This document shows, in pieces, positions 41,881 to 54,857 of a stretch of 64,000 nt of DNA. A program made the translations under genes and the position numbers. The notes under the pieces were generated by a model. That model did no database searches, was not told the origin of the DNA, and saw nothing but the letters and a program-made list of their open reading frames with translations. Where the stretch lies: NCBI GenBank assembly GCA_951406725.2, contig OX597815.1, positions 67,890,001-67,954,000 of the forward strand, in the 5' to 3' direction. Origin of the DNA: Octopus vulgaris. Its lineage: Eukaryota. Each line of letters opens with the position of its first letter. Positions within the stretch are counted from its first letter, which is position 1.

Positions 41881-43090
41881 TTTCTTGTTTTGTTTTTTTT
41901 GTCACTAACAAAGACCAAGCGTCCATCTCAGCCAGTCAAATGCACACTACTTTTATGTAGTCAGAAGGAAATACATTTCCTTGGTCACCATTTTAACTTG
42001 TATTTTCTTATTAACTACTCACCAGAAAAATTTCAGTGTGGAAGTTACAAGAGTTAATTTTATCTTATTATGACTAATCCACGTTTTGAAAGTTCTGGCA
42101 AGTTAACTAAAAAGAAAGACACAAACGAAACACAAACTAAGATAGACTCTGACATATAACCACGGACAAATACATATCAAATGTAGTTTAAGAGATGGTT
42201 GTAGTACTGTTGTTGATTGTTGTTGTGGTTGCTGCTACTACTGCTGCTGCTGTTGCTGCTGCTGTTACTACTGCTGCTGCTGTTACTACTGCTGCTGTTG
42301 TTGCTGCTGCTGCTGTTGCTTTTGCCGTTTATTATTACTGCTGTTTTTACTATTGTTGCTATTGTCGTTGTTGTTGTGGTGGTGGTTTGTGGTTGTTCCT
42401 GTTACTTTCGTTGCGGTGGTTGTCGATGCTGTTACTTTTGCTTGTTGGGGTTGCTACTGTTGTAGCTGTTCTTGCAGTTGTTTTGTTGCTATAATCAATG
42501 AATGACCCTTTTACATGGCCTCCAAGGCTAATGCGTGGGCAGAATAAAGGTACTGTCAAGCCAGAAACCTGACCTGAATGCTTACAACAGAGTAGATCCC
42601 AGTAAAAGCACCCTATGTATCAAGTAATGCTAATGTTAAATTTTGCGGTGAATTAAGTTTGCTACCCAAGCAGGCCATTGCGGGATTGAACTCAGAATTC
42701 AATGAATCAATTGAGCATGATTTAAACACAGCTTGCAGAGAGTCAGAACAAATACCGCAGGGTATTTCATCCGGCGCTCTAACGACTCAACCTCTCGTAC
42801 TCGTAGTCATATTCCTGTTCGTCATCGTTATCGCGCTCGCCCTCGTAGTCGTGTTCCAGATTGAGCTCGTCTTCGTTGTGAAAATAGAAGGAAAAGGTTT
42901 CGAGTATTGAAAGGATCACGGTAACGACTCATTTACCTATGACCCTACGGTGCTTACCAAGAGTGCAAATACAGCAACACTCAGAGTGAAGTAGAAACAG
43001 AGGAAGCATCATCGAAGCGAAATCCAAATTTAAAACGGAAGTTTGTATACCGTCCACCGTTCATGCTATCTGTTTCATATAGACTGAAAC

Positions 43091-43310
43091 AAGGCAGCGA
43101 GCTAGCAGAATCGTTAGCACGCCGGACGAAATGCTTAGCGATATTACGTCCATCTTTACTACATTTGCAGTTCAAATTACAAGGTCGACTTTGTCTCTCA
43201 TCCTTTCGGGGTCGATAAAATAAGTAACTGCTGAGCACTGGGATCGATGAAATCGACTTGCCTCCTCCTCTGAAATTGCTGGCCTTGTGCCAAATTTTGA
43301 AACAAATATA
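43091..43310 (+). mobile_element. SINE family A
   Basis: aaggcagcgagctagcagaatcgttagcacgccgg...tcatcctttcggggtcgataaaataag. Confidence 0.8.
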
Positions 43311-44499
43311 GGGTGGAACAAAAAACTCAGATTCTCTATTCTTGATAAAGTACACAACGTGCACCAGTTCAAACCATAATAGTAACTAAACCAAAATGAG
43401 GCTAAAACATTAGCAAGATGAAAGTTCAATTGCTCTCAACCTAACTTCACTAGTGCTACATCAATGGCCGTCTAAAATATAGGAGGACTTTTTTCTGTTG
43501 CACCCTGTATCTTGTCCATTTTCAACAGCAAAACATCTAGGATTGTATCAATATTAATTGTTTTGATAAAATAGCTGTGATGGTAGTTAAAGAAGCCGTT
43601 GAAAATTGGTGATAAAGAACTGTTAGAAGCATTTCTAATTAGCACCATTAGTAAAATCATTAGAAGAACTAAATGTTTTCTGCCGGCAAAGCTTGTTATA
43701 TTTGTTCATCAGATGTTCAAAGGAATTTACAACTTTGGTTGTTTTGCTTTTATTGTTTTCGTTGTCGTTGTTGTTGTCATTGTTGTTGTTGCTGCTGTTG
43801 TTTTAGGTTTCTGAAGAGATTTCGATTTTTTCTTCGTTTTTTTTTTTTTTTTTTTCTTCAGTTGGGTTGGGTTGGAATTTTTGTCTTCTCTTATTTTTTA
43901 AATATCAACGAATTTAGTCCTAGTTACAACACTCACACCAATACCATCACCAACATCAACACAAATACCATCACATCAAGAACACTACCACCAACAACAC
44001 CAACATCACAAACGAAACTAACACTAACGTCACTACCCTCCAACTCCACCACCAACACCAACAACGCAACTAGCCAACACTACCACGAACAACATCACCC
44101 CAACATCACTCACACCATCAACAATAACGCCACCAACAACAGCAACAATACCATTACCATCGACATTCACCTACCCAATTAAGGACTTGCAATCAATCTA
44201 TTTTGTTCTGATTGGCGAAGCCAATAGTGGGCAGTGGGTAGGGTGATAGTTTCGGTTGATGACAGTGTTTTTGTAGTCGTGATGCCTTCCCGAAAATATC
44301 AATGAATTTAGTTTGGACTGAGTTGTGTTCCCTACAACCCCACAACTACTACACCTTATCATTATCACCACTCACCTACCTCTATATTATAAGCCAGCAG
44401 CCACCTTATTTTGTCTTTAGGTCTTCGTAAATCTGATTTCACCCGCAATATACAATCTTTTAATTATTGCCGAGAGAGGGAAAGAAAGTGAGAAAGAGT

Positions 44500-44544
<45 letters not shown>

Positions 44545-44555
44545 GGGGGTTGAAT

Positions 44556-44620
44556 CACATAGTCTTTGTTACACAGTCTTTGTTACACAGTCGTTGTTAT
44601 ACATAGTCTTTGTTACACAT
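44556..44620. repeat. 14-16-bp minisatellite (acacagtctttgtt) x4
   Basis: Direct reading. Confidence 0.85.
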
Positions 44621-45342
44621 GTACGTCACTCTACAACACTACTATAACACCGTTTACAATAAAATCTACCGTGTCTTCTGTCCTGTTCAGACACAAAAGA
44701 AAATGCGTACCCAGAAAAATAACATCAATATCAAAAGCTAATTAACTTTAATGACCGCGTTCGATCCGTCACCAGAGATAAAAAGAACCGAAACTGTCGT
44801 ACCCGGATCGAATATACTTCGTTTACTTTCACTGTTGCTTCCACGCAGTGACGTAACGTGGATGGGCCACAGAGATGGTTCAAAATTCGTAGGGGTGCAA
44901 AGACATAGCAATATCAAATAAAAAATTAAGCACCCTGTAGGCAATGTCTGCCTTCTCCCGTTTGCTGAACAACTACCATGATATGCTACCGTCATTGTTA
45001 CCACTAGAGGTGGTAACTATGATGCAGAAACTTCTAGAACCAAATGAGAAAAATCTTCAAACCAATAAGGTAACTTTTAAGCCAATGATACAGCTCCTAT
45101 GTAGTCGCTCATTCTGCTTGAAATAGTAGTTACTTGCCCTTCACATCTCAAAGAAATGTTTTATGGACTATGGTATAATGTATCTTATGTTGATTACGAA
45201 GTCTAAACTTTACGGTAACTTCTGTTGTTATTTTGATATTTTTCTGGTTAAGCATTCATCATTTTGTGCTGCCAAAAATCAGAGCTAACGTTTGTTTCTG
45301 CCTTTAATGTAGAGCTTTATCGAATCTATTATCTTCTACAGG

Positions 45343-45543
45343 TTTTAGTCATTGGACTGCGACCATGCTAAGGCTCCGCTTTGAAGTGTTTACTCGAACA
45401 AATCGACCTCAGTACTTATATTTTTTTAAGTCTGGTATTTATTCTATCGATCTCTTTTGCTGAACCGCTAGATTCCAGGGTCGTAAACAAGTAACCAAAC
45501 CAACATCGGTTGTCAAACAGGTGTCATACTATATGTATGACGA

Positions 45544-45590
<47 letters not shown>

Positions 45591-45692
45591 CGACGGGCTT
45601 CAACTCAGTTTTCACCCCTCACAAGGCACTGGTCGGCCTAGGGCTATAGTAGGTGACACTTGCTCAAGGTACCATGCAGTGGGATTGAATTT
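45343..45692 (-). mobile_element. SINE family B
   Basis: cagtcattggactgcgaccatgc-like tail...cacaaggcactggtcggcctagggctatagtag...gcagtgggattgaa. Confidence 0.75.
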
Positions 45693-46362
45693 TCATGCTG
45701 CCTTTCTCTCTCTCTCCCTCTTTCTCTTTCTCCCCCCCTCTCTCTCCCCCTCTCTCCAGCCATACATCATTGGTACGTTTTCCACTCTATTCTAAATCTA
45801 TCCTTTCGCCTTTTCTGTTGTTTTGTCCTTATCTATACACTCTCCTTCCATATATTAATCGTCAAATAAATTTGTTCATTTCTTTTCTACTTGGCACTCC
45901 TTCGTCATTTGTCTGAAAAGGGAGTCAAGTTTTATTCAAATTTCAAAAACAATAAACAAAAGTTGTTGAGGAAAAATAGAAGTACAAAAAAAAACATAAA
46001 ACCTTACAATAAAAAATATTTTCGTGTTAACACTGGAAAGGATTCAAATAGACGATGGGTGGGGGGACGAACGAATATATCTGACAACGCAGTCGTTAAC
46101 TTTGTCTCTACATTATTGTATTCTTATCCATAGACAAAACAAATTTTTTATACTGATTTATGACTATAATCAGTTTATCTTTGCTTACTTAAGCCTAAGT
46201 ATCTATGTATGTTTTTCTAGATAAACTGGTTACTTTATAATAATTTTCAATTAGTCTCAGCTTCTCTTCTTCTTATACGCAGGGTAGGTGTATACTGTAT
46301 TCTAACATCTACATTAACTTACAAAAGAAGCGATTGGAATACTTTCTTATCTAATTTATTTA

Positions 46363-47188
46363 GTTCGCTTAACTTCAAATCTATTAAAACTAATTTATGA
46401 CTGGCTTTCCTATTTTATTTATCCCTATAATCTTATTCTTGGCACTGAATTCGGTATATAATATTAATCTGACTCTTCTGCAGCACACTTCTCCAATGTT
46501 TTCATTAATTTATTTCTCTATATTGCATCTAACCAGTTTCAGCCACTCCTCATCGTATGCACGAGTGATTAGGTTTCACTTATTAAATTTCTAAAACAAA
46601 ATATCACTTTCTTTTTTTTTTGGTTCTACATAATTTACCTAGTTTCCGAGTAGCTTACATAGCAGCAACTATGTTATGTGTGGACAAGTGGGAAAAAAAG
46701 GTATATGATTAAAATTGTGTACATCTATATTTAACACGTTTGTGTACACTCAAACGTGCAAAGATCTTCACTGCAGTAACTGTAAAGGAAGATAAAATCT
46801 CCTTAGAGACAATATGTGTGAAAACACACAGAGCTATATTACGAATGATATCATCGACACGTGTTTCTGAGTTGATACGTTTCATCATGTAGAGACGTCG
46901 AATCCGCCGTTCATAGCTCACTAAGAACTATCGTTCTTATATGTAGACAGCAAGTACATTTTCTGGTGTACGAAAAACTTTTTGTTGTTGTATAGAGGCG
47001 AAAAGTCTTTACTAGTTTTTTTTTTTCTTTTTCTATAGCCCTATAGTAAATATTTTATAATGCTGTTCTACTTTCAAGAAGCTTCAACCTCCGTGTGTGA
47101 TGTGCTTTATATGTAACCTTTAATCTCCTAATATTTCTCTCTTTCTTTGCTAGAGAAAATATTAACTATCTATCTGTATCTCTCGCCA

Positions 47189-47235
<47 letters not shown>

Positions 47236-47432
47236 AAGCTCCATGGAACAGAAAACCCTCAAGCGGCTCTCACTACCACTTACCATCCAGCTTTCTGTCT
47301 TACACCACCACTATAATCACTTTCGTTCGCTTAACTTCAAATCTATTGAAACTAATTTATGACTGGCTTCTCTGTTGTATTTATTCCTATAATCTTATTC
47401 TTGGCACTAAATTCGGTATATAATGTTAATCT
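46363..47432. repeat. 108-bp direct repeat pair (46363-46470, 47325-47432)
   Basis: gttcgcttaacttcaaatctatt.aaactaatttatgactggc...ttcggtatataat.ttaatct occurs twice with few mismatches. Confidence 0.9.
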
Positions 47433-47763
47433 AGTTCCAGAATAGAATCCATTTAAATCCATGCTGACCCCCTCCAGATTACCTCCCGTTATTCGTCACC
47501 TCTGCGCCTACCACCACCACCTCTATATTACAGAACAACAATGACAATGACCCACCAGCCAGTGTCATTTTCAGTATTTCTGTCACTTTTGTATTACACA
47601 GAACTACATGCTGTGGTAAAAGCAAAGTCTGTCAAAAGAGGAGAGGTTCAAAAAGGGTTATTTCGCATAGGTTACAGTTTCTAAAGCGGCCTCACTGCTG
47701 TATTCACCTTATAATCCAGATATTTGTAGCGACAGGTGACAATTTGCTTTGTTTCTCCAGTTT

Positions 47764-47816
47764 GTCACGTGTCTTATTTGGACCAATCTGAACCCAGCAA
47801 CCAGGTAGCCATTTTG
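47764..47816. promoter_or_regulatory. Promoter-like motif cluster
   Basis: GTCACGTG (47764), CCAAT (47783), CCCAGCAACC (47793), GCCATTTTG (47808) within 53 bp. Confidence 0.35.
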
Positions 47817-48511
47817 ACTTTAAAAGGCGAAAATCAAACAATCACTGTTTTTTCACAGAACCGTTTGAGGTATCGACGCAATACGCTTGCCTATCTCTCT
47901 TCTAAGGCACATATATGTTGGAGAAATATCTTAACGAATTAACGTTTCCATTAGTTTAGATGTGTGTGTGTATTAGATTCCTTTGCTTAGTTTTGTGCTG
48001 CAATGTCGCATAACACATGGCATAAGATTAATCGGAAATATATAATCGGTTAATAATCATTTAGAATTTTCAAAATAGTTTTATTAACCGAGTAAGCGAT
48101 TTTCATAAAGCTAAATCTTTTATATGTCAAAGCAAATTTTAAAAAAGAAACTTTCTTTGTAATATTTATTCCATGTAAAAAACTTTTTTCCTGTTTTATA
48201 ATATACGATTGTACAACAAAAATAAACGGAAAGGGGAACTTGTTTATATTTTCGTGTATTGAAATTAAAACAATTACAGCATTGAAGGCACATGTTAGTC
48301 ATTCGAAAACAGCTAAATGACATCCACGTCACTTAACTATTTGTTGCTTTCAAAATGACAATTGCTTGGTATCAGAGACCAGGTTGCAGTTAGTGAAAGG
48401 AAAATTTTGACACCAAATAATTTTTTTTGTGTGTTCTTGAACGGCTATATGTCTTCCACATTGCAATCGTTTTATTTATATTTTGTTTTGCAAGTGACCA
48501 TTCCCAAGTTT

Positions 48512-48950
48512 ATGAAGAGGAAATTTGAAAGTGGAGCAAGGAAGGGACGAAAAAAACTATTAAATGATTCACTAATACAAGTTATTAGGTAATTCACGTG
48601 AATAGGAAGAGCAGAAAGACATCAATGTTTCTGTTGTGACTTAGCTTCACACAAGAATCATTGTTAAAACTAATACTGACCAAATGCAATATTTCGCCAA
48701 ATTAAATGGTTTTGAAACCCCAAATGATTTTCCTCCAGATGCTGAGAATCATTTTTCTGATCCAAAAGATCTTCAAAATCGTAAAATTTATTAAATAGTA
48801 TGGATATGATGGAATGTTGTACTGTGCTCCTTGAATCCTTTTTTAGTAAAATTAGCTGTTCAATAATCTCAGATTATCCAAGAGGGAAAATTAGTTGAAA
48901 CAGGGCGAAGCTGGAAGCTCGAATACCGTCACAAAACTAAATCAAATGAA
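48512..48950 (+). mobile_element. Possible hAT (Tip100/ZMYM1-like) N-terminal fossil
   Basis: MKRKFESGARKGRKK; PNDFPPDAENHFS; DGMLYCAP*ILF (TTF-type zinc finger-like). Confidence 0.45.
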
Positions 48951-49247
48951 ACGTCAACTGAATACCTATCATTTAATCGTTTTCGATACCACTCTAAATT
49001 TTTCACACAAAGAACAGTCAACTATATTCGATATCTAAAAATTATAGATATTTCAAAATATTCAATTGAAATAAAGTTGAGTTTATTTAAGAATTTCACA
49101 AAGAAAATTGAAAATATTGATTGCTCTAAAAGGTTTTAAGTTCGATTTTCAAGCTTGCATTGCATCCACTTTTCATAATGGATCAAATATGTGTTGAAGG
49201 TATGAAAGAGTATAAACAGGGTGTTAATCCAAACTTTGGAGGCTCTA

Positions 49248-49364
49248 GTCACAAGGTTCTAGTCGGCCTGAGGCTATAGGAGAAGACACTTACCCGAGCA
49301 GTGGGACTGAACCAGAAACTGTGGTTGGAAAGCAAGCTTCTTATCACAAAATCACTCCTGCACC
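49248..49364 (-). mobile_element. SINE family B head
   Basis: tcacaagg..gtcggcctgaggctatagg..gcagtgggactgaaccagaaactgtggttggaaagcaagcttctt. Confidence 0.75.
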
Positions 49365-50574
49365 TAGATATAAAATTTACTTTAATGATTTTAAAAGTTA
49401 GACAAATCAGAAACTGGTAAATAGCAACTGGCCGTGAGAACGGTCCATACAAAAAGGATGGGTAGCTTGGGAAACAGGAATGTGATATGGTGCCTTCTAC
49501 GAGTAAAAGGAAAACAAGGTTGAGAAAAAGACAGACAGAGAGAGGAGGAGAGAGAGATGACAGAGAGAGAGAGAGATGTGAGAGAGAGAAATGAAAGAGT
49601 GAAATGTGTATGAGAGAGAGAGGAAGGGTCATAAAATGATAAAATTGTACCAAAAGCATTGCCTTATTGCATTGGACACTGAATAACATGCTGGTCCGTA
49701 ACCCAATCACTGCATCTTTTAATTGATCAATTGAGAGTTTAGAAAAAGACACCGTCCCTTTGCGAAACAGAAACACGTTAAGTTTATTTTTCCTAGCCTG
49801 CTCTTGAATAAGTTATTTGAGTAAGGACTCAAAATCTGTAGTCACTCAATTCTGTCACAACACCTTCATAAATTGAGCTCAATATCGACATCGAGAAACT
49901 CAATTTTCGCCCGGTAGGGGTATGAATATGTGTGTGCGCGTGGTGGGTGCACACCACTACTGTTGCTGTTGTTGTTGTTGTTGTTGTTGTTGATATTTTC
50001 GCTGTAAATGTTTCAGTCAAATATTATATATAACAAACATTTTTCTTCTCAATTTACGTCTGTTTCTATGGTGATGATAGCCTCCAATTTTTGTCTGTTT
50101 TTCTCCCATTTTCTTAAGCTGTGCTCAAATATTTCTTTTCCAAAGCTGTGTCTGAGGGCCGTATTTGTTTATCTTGTCACACTGCTCTCTGTTATCTTAT
50201 CTCGATGCTCACTTCACTTCCCACCACTGTGATAGTAACACTACCACCTCTTCCTGCTGCTCCAATACAAAAAAAAAACAGTCATGTTAAAATATGGTCA
50301 AACAAAATATATCTTTGTTTTAAACGTCCAAATATATGTATAGCAGAGAAGAAGAATTAAAAACAAGTGTCTCGTTTATTTTATTATTTCTGCGAGGTAT
50401 GAAACGTAGACAATATTCCAGTTTGTTTCTTTGTTTGCTTGTTTGTTTTTTAGATTGATAAAGTGTATCGAAAAACACACACAGAAAAAAAACATTTTGC
50501 TTAAACCTCAAGGACACAGAAGCGCACCTGGTGATACAATAAAAGCACAAAACTCTTGAAAACTTGATGATAAA

Positions 50575-50703
50575 TGAGATGATGATGATCATGATGATCA
50601 TGATGATCATGATGGAGGAGGAGGAGGAGGAGAAGAAGAGGAAGATGATGATGATGAAGGAGGAGGAGAAGAAGAGGAAGATGATGATGATGAAGGAGGA
50701 GGA

Positions 50704-50738
<35 letters not shown>

Positions 50739-50828
50739 AGAAGAAGAGGAGGAGGAGAAGAAGAAGAAGAAGAAGAAGAAGAAGAAGAAGAAGAAGAAGA
50801 AGAAGAAGAAGAAGAAGAAGAAGAAGAA
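50575..50828. repeat. (GAT)n/(GAG)n/(GAA)n compound tract with a duplicated 33-bp unit
   Basis: Direct reading. Confidence 0.9.
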
Positions 50829-52136
50829 ATAGTCAGAGAGGACAAAATATACCATGTGAAATCAACACTATTTGGTAATAGAGTAGATACCAAAGAAATT
50901 GAAAAAAATTTGAGAAATATTAGGACCTAGCCAGAGAGGTGAAGAAACTGGGATCTTTTCCTTTTGATGGACGGAATTCAACACAATTTCTAGTTAACTA
51001 AACAATTTGAAACTTCGTATACTGGTAGAATGTGTCAAAAGAAAACATTATTTTCACTTGTTTTTTTTTTTTTGAGAAAATTGTAATTTGTAAGTTTAAC
51101 GTAGTTTAATTTTTCGAATTTTAACCAATCGTATGCTCTCTTTTGAGCTCAAATCATTTTCTGCGTTATCGATATTGATAAACAAACGAGGAGGCATGTG
51201 CTAGAAATAACAGCCATATCTCTTAATTATCAAAAGGAAAAGATCCCGCACGCATACAAACACTTGCATATACAAGCGCGCCTGCATATAGAAGTAAATA
51301 TACATACACACGCACACATGCACACACAGACAAGTATACATAGACATACACAAAGATACATGCTTATACGCATATATGCACGCCGCATACACACACACAC
51401 ACACGTATATTCAGATACATACACACGTACACTTGCACACACACACTCTCTGTCACTCTCTCTCTCTCTCTCTCTTTCTCTCTCAAACACATGCATATAC
51501 ATTTGCACAAGCACATAGTAATTAATATATAAGTGTACACACACATAGAAACGTACACACACATACAAACGGAGATATACATACACACACATACGCACAC
51601 AAGCATACATACACGTTCGTGAGTTCACACTGGTGTCGATAGAATGGACTTAATACTTTTGTATCTCATGCTTTGTCCCCTCTATGTTTTGCCCCTTGCC
51701 GGAACAAATTTACACAAAAGGTAAATAAACCAGAAATGAGGGTGTCAATGTTTCATCGTTTCGGGGTCGATAAATTAAGTACCAATTACGCACTGGTGTC
51801 GAGGATTTTTTTTCCCAATTTATATCACAGCCTCCGACAAGCTGGGGCATCCTTTTATGAAAAACTATTTCGCAAATTTTTACAATACGACCCACACTCC
51901 ACGCGCACCCTCATATCCCACTCTAGACCGATTTAGGCATATTATTGTTTTGTTTTTTGGCCCTTCAAAACCATGGGAGAAGCCTTTTAGGTAAAAAAAA
52001 AAAAAGAAAGAAAATATTCAAAAAATACCGTTAATATTTTTATTGGGCGACGAAATTCATTATTTCTAGCTCATGCCTCCTCGTTTGTTTATCAATATCG
52101 ATGAGCGAGACAGACAGAAGAGAGAAGGATGAATAA

Positions 52137-52184
<48 letters not shown>

Positions 52185-52650
52185 CTGTTTACGTTGTAAC
52201 AGGATGTTGTCTGAGTTTTTTGACGCAGCAAATGATTTGAGCTCAAATGCTGGCAATTCATTGGTTAAAATTCGAAGAATTAAACTACGTTAAACTTACA
52301 AATTACAAATTTATCAAAAAAGCCAAGTGAAAATAATGTTTTCTTTTGACACATTCTACCAGTATACGAAGTTTCAAATTGTTTAGTTAACTAGAAATTG
52401 TGTTGAATTCCGTCCATCAAAAGGAAAAGATCCAGAAACTGTGAAAGACTAAGACGATAATGATTCTTGTGGTAATTAGTGCACTTGTTTGGAACAACAC
52501 CCGAATTGCTACCTAAGATACTGATAGATGTTGGAATTGAGACTCGCATTGTCAGCTTGCAGAAAAGTGCCATCCTATATTCAGCAAGGATCCTAAAAAA
52601 GGATTCTTAAAATTTGAGATGACATGTCACAAAATGTCATGTAATAGCTT
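50829..52650 (+). mobile_element. R4/Dong-like RLE 3' fragment split by a DNA transposon (pieces 50829-50950 and 52442-52650)
   Basis: EKY*DLAREVKKL | *KTKTIMILVVISAL..GTTPELLPKILIDVGIETRIVSLQKSAILYSARILKK, followed by (CAA)n(TAA)n. Confidence 0.8.
50951..52433. mobile_element. Non-autonomous long-TIR DNA transposon (Merlin-like), 8-bp TSD
   Basis: Terminal 110 bp perfectly inverted (GGATCTTTTCC...); imperfect inversion continues to ~51210/52060; TSD AGAAACTG at 50943-50950 and 52434-52441. Confidence 0.9.
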
Positions 52651-52653
52651 TAT

Positions 52654-52786
<133 letters not shown>

Positions 52787-52789
52787 TAT

Positions 52790-53387
52790 TTTTAAAATGG
52801 ATTGACGTAACTCTTCACAAAGGTAAACAGTCAAGACGAAGAGTGCGATTCGATTGTAAGTATTTTATTGAACGATATTTCAACAGTATGTCTGTCTTTG
52901 TCAAGTTCAAAATAAGAAGTGATAAAAATTCAGAAATTTAAACGTAGAGTATGAACGAGAGCAAGTAGCGTCCACACGTTGATGGAATGACATCATCAGT
53001 TTTTAAGTCTTTAACAGGCGAAAAGAAAGAAAAAAAAAACAGAAAAAAGAAGACGACAGAAAAAAGGAAAGAAAAAGAGAGAAAGAAGAATATTTAATCA
53101 AACATCTTTGTATAAATTTGATGATATTCTCCTGCCATCTTATTCATCCCTCCAGGGCGTGATGTTAATAACCTGCAAACATATTTCTCCTCATACATTC
53201 TGAAAAGTGAAAGCGAAGTAGATTCAGAATATTTTCTGAGAATATGCACTTCCAAGTCTTCTTCAAAATTGCAGCCGCTTGAAACGAAATGTTCGACAAG
53301 TTCTGTCGAACTACTGTTATTGTGCCTGACGTTGAATCTGTGCCCATTAAACCTTTTGTTTAATTGTTCCGTTGTACAACCAACATA
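52790..53387 (-). mobile_element. Penelope-like element 3' fragment: GIY-YIG C-terminal half + terminal repeat region
   Basis: YVGCTTEQLNKRFNGHRFNVR..ELVEHF..EEKYVCRLLTSRPGGMNK, stop at 53094; hammerhead and AATAAA downstream. Confidence 0.85.
52868..52910 (-). ncRNA. Minimal type I hammerhead ribozyme motif (U3-A8 variant)
   Basis: Minus RNA UUGAAC-UUGACAA-A-GACAG-acaua-CUGUU-GAA-AUAU-C-GUUCAA. Confidence 0.6.
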
Positions 53388-53400
53388 AATAATAATAATG

Positions 53401-53772
53401 ATAGAATAGGATAGAATAGCTACGGACTTGTACTCCTTAGAGGAGCAAAAGTGGGAGGGTGTCAAGGTAGAAGATATAAGATCTGCTCTCAGGAGGTCAA
53501 GCAAATGGAAGTCTCCAGGAAAGGATAAAATTCCTAACTTCTGGTTGAATGCCTTCCCAGAGTGCCATGAACTGCTAAAAGAACTGTACAATGATGTTTT
53601 GTAGGATGCCTGCTTGGCTAGTTAATGGTTTAACATTCCTGCTCCCAAAAGTGAAGAAACAAATGAACCAAAAAACTATAGACCTATAATCTGCTTAACA
53701 ACTATGTATAAAACGCTAACATCTGTCCTGACGGAATATACCTATAGTTTTTTAATAGACAGCAGCGTGTTT
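53401..53772 (+). mobile_element. R4/Dong-like RT N-terminal fragment
   Basis: DIRSALRRSSKWKSPGKDKIPNFWLNAF; PAWLVNGLTFLLPK; PKNYRPIICLTTMYKTLTSVL. Confidence 0.88.
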
Positions 53773-53848
53773 TTGTGGACCTCTTGTGTATATGTGTATG
53801 CATATGTATGTATGTACACACACACACACACACACACATACACACACT

Positions 53849-53907
<59 letters not shown>

Positions 53908-54221
53908 TCTTGTTAATGTCTCATTTATACCTGCTTTATATGGCTAATGGGTTAAATGGGACATACCTGTCTTCACGGCAGAAACAGCTGTCAGCTACAA
54001 TGTAAATGTACTTTCTATTTCTATTTCTATGTCTTGTTATATTTGTACTATATTAATGTATAATATCATTGCTGTTGTGTAATGGTTTAATAAAGTATTG
54101 ATTGGGTATTATCTGATGGTTGATGATTGATTTAGGTATGTTTCTCCATTTTCTCATTTTGTATATATATATATATAAGTCAGAAAAAATATCTTCTCGT
54201 ATTGTCAATAGTGTGGACTTT

Positions 54222-54418
54222 AAAAGGGGTTTTGAAAAGTTCCTGGCTTTAACAGTATCACGAAAGGCTTGGCTGGAGATCCAAACTTCCAAGTTGTTTT
54301 ACAGGAATTAGAAAGGAGCTCTGCAATAAGTGCGAGAATCTGGAAAGGGAATAAGTTGAATAAAATCATAATCAACTGAGCCTCCTGTATTTTCTTTTAC
54401 CCAAAGGAGCCCGTCATA
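54222..54418 (+). mobile_element. Mariner-derived MITE remnant
   Basis: Mariner-type TIR-like start ggggttttgaaaagttcctggcttt; transposase C-terminus-like NKCENLERE*VE*. Confidence 0.5.
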
Positions 54419-54857
54419 TTAGTCGAAGTATACAGTATTATAGTAAGATCGGTCGTAATGTATACAAATTAATGTGTATGCGTGTGTGTGTGGTGTGTGC
54501 GCGCGCGTGCGAGTGTGAGTTTCTATGTATGCATGTATAGATAGATAGATATGCATATATATATATACGTATGCATATATGTGTGTGTGTGTATTTGTGT
54601 AATGTACATTTAGATTCATATATATCTAAAAACATTGACATACGTAAATACACACACAGAAAGATAGTTTGTCATTTATATTTCAATAGCCTGGTTTCTA
54701 TACACCTGACAATATTAATTATTAAAAGTTGCTTTTTCAATTCCATCTATCAACAGCGCACGTGCATGTGTATGGGTGTGCATATGAACGTGTGAGTCAG
54801 ACAGACAGAAAGACAGACAGCTTATGACGCAGTGCGTTAGTAGACATCAGTGTTTAA

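Noticed and set aside
44846-45008. hAT-like MITE (cagtgacgtaac...gttaccactag)
   Set aside because: Right TIR too degenerate and no 8-bp TSD
49640-49900. hAT dimerisation-like SFSKL...LRTSM on the minus strand
   Set aside because: Short match with irregular spacing
53094-53591. 165-aa ORF as a single gene
   Set aside because: Its N-terminal part is the antisense strand of an R4 RT fragment; only the C-terminal part is GIY-YIG
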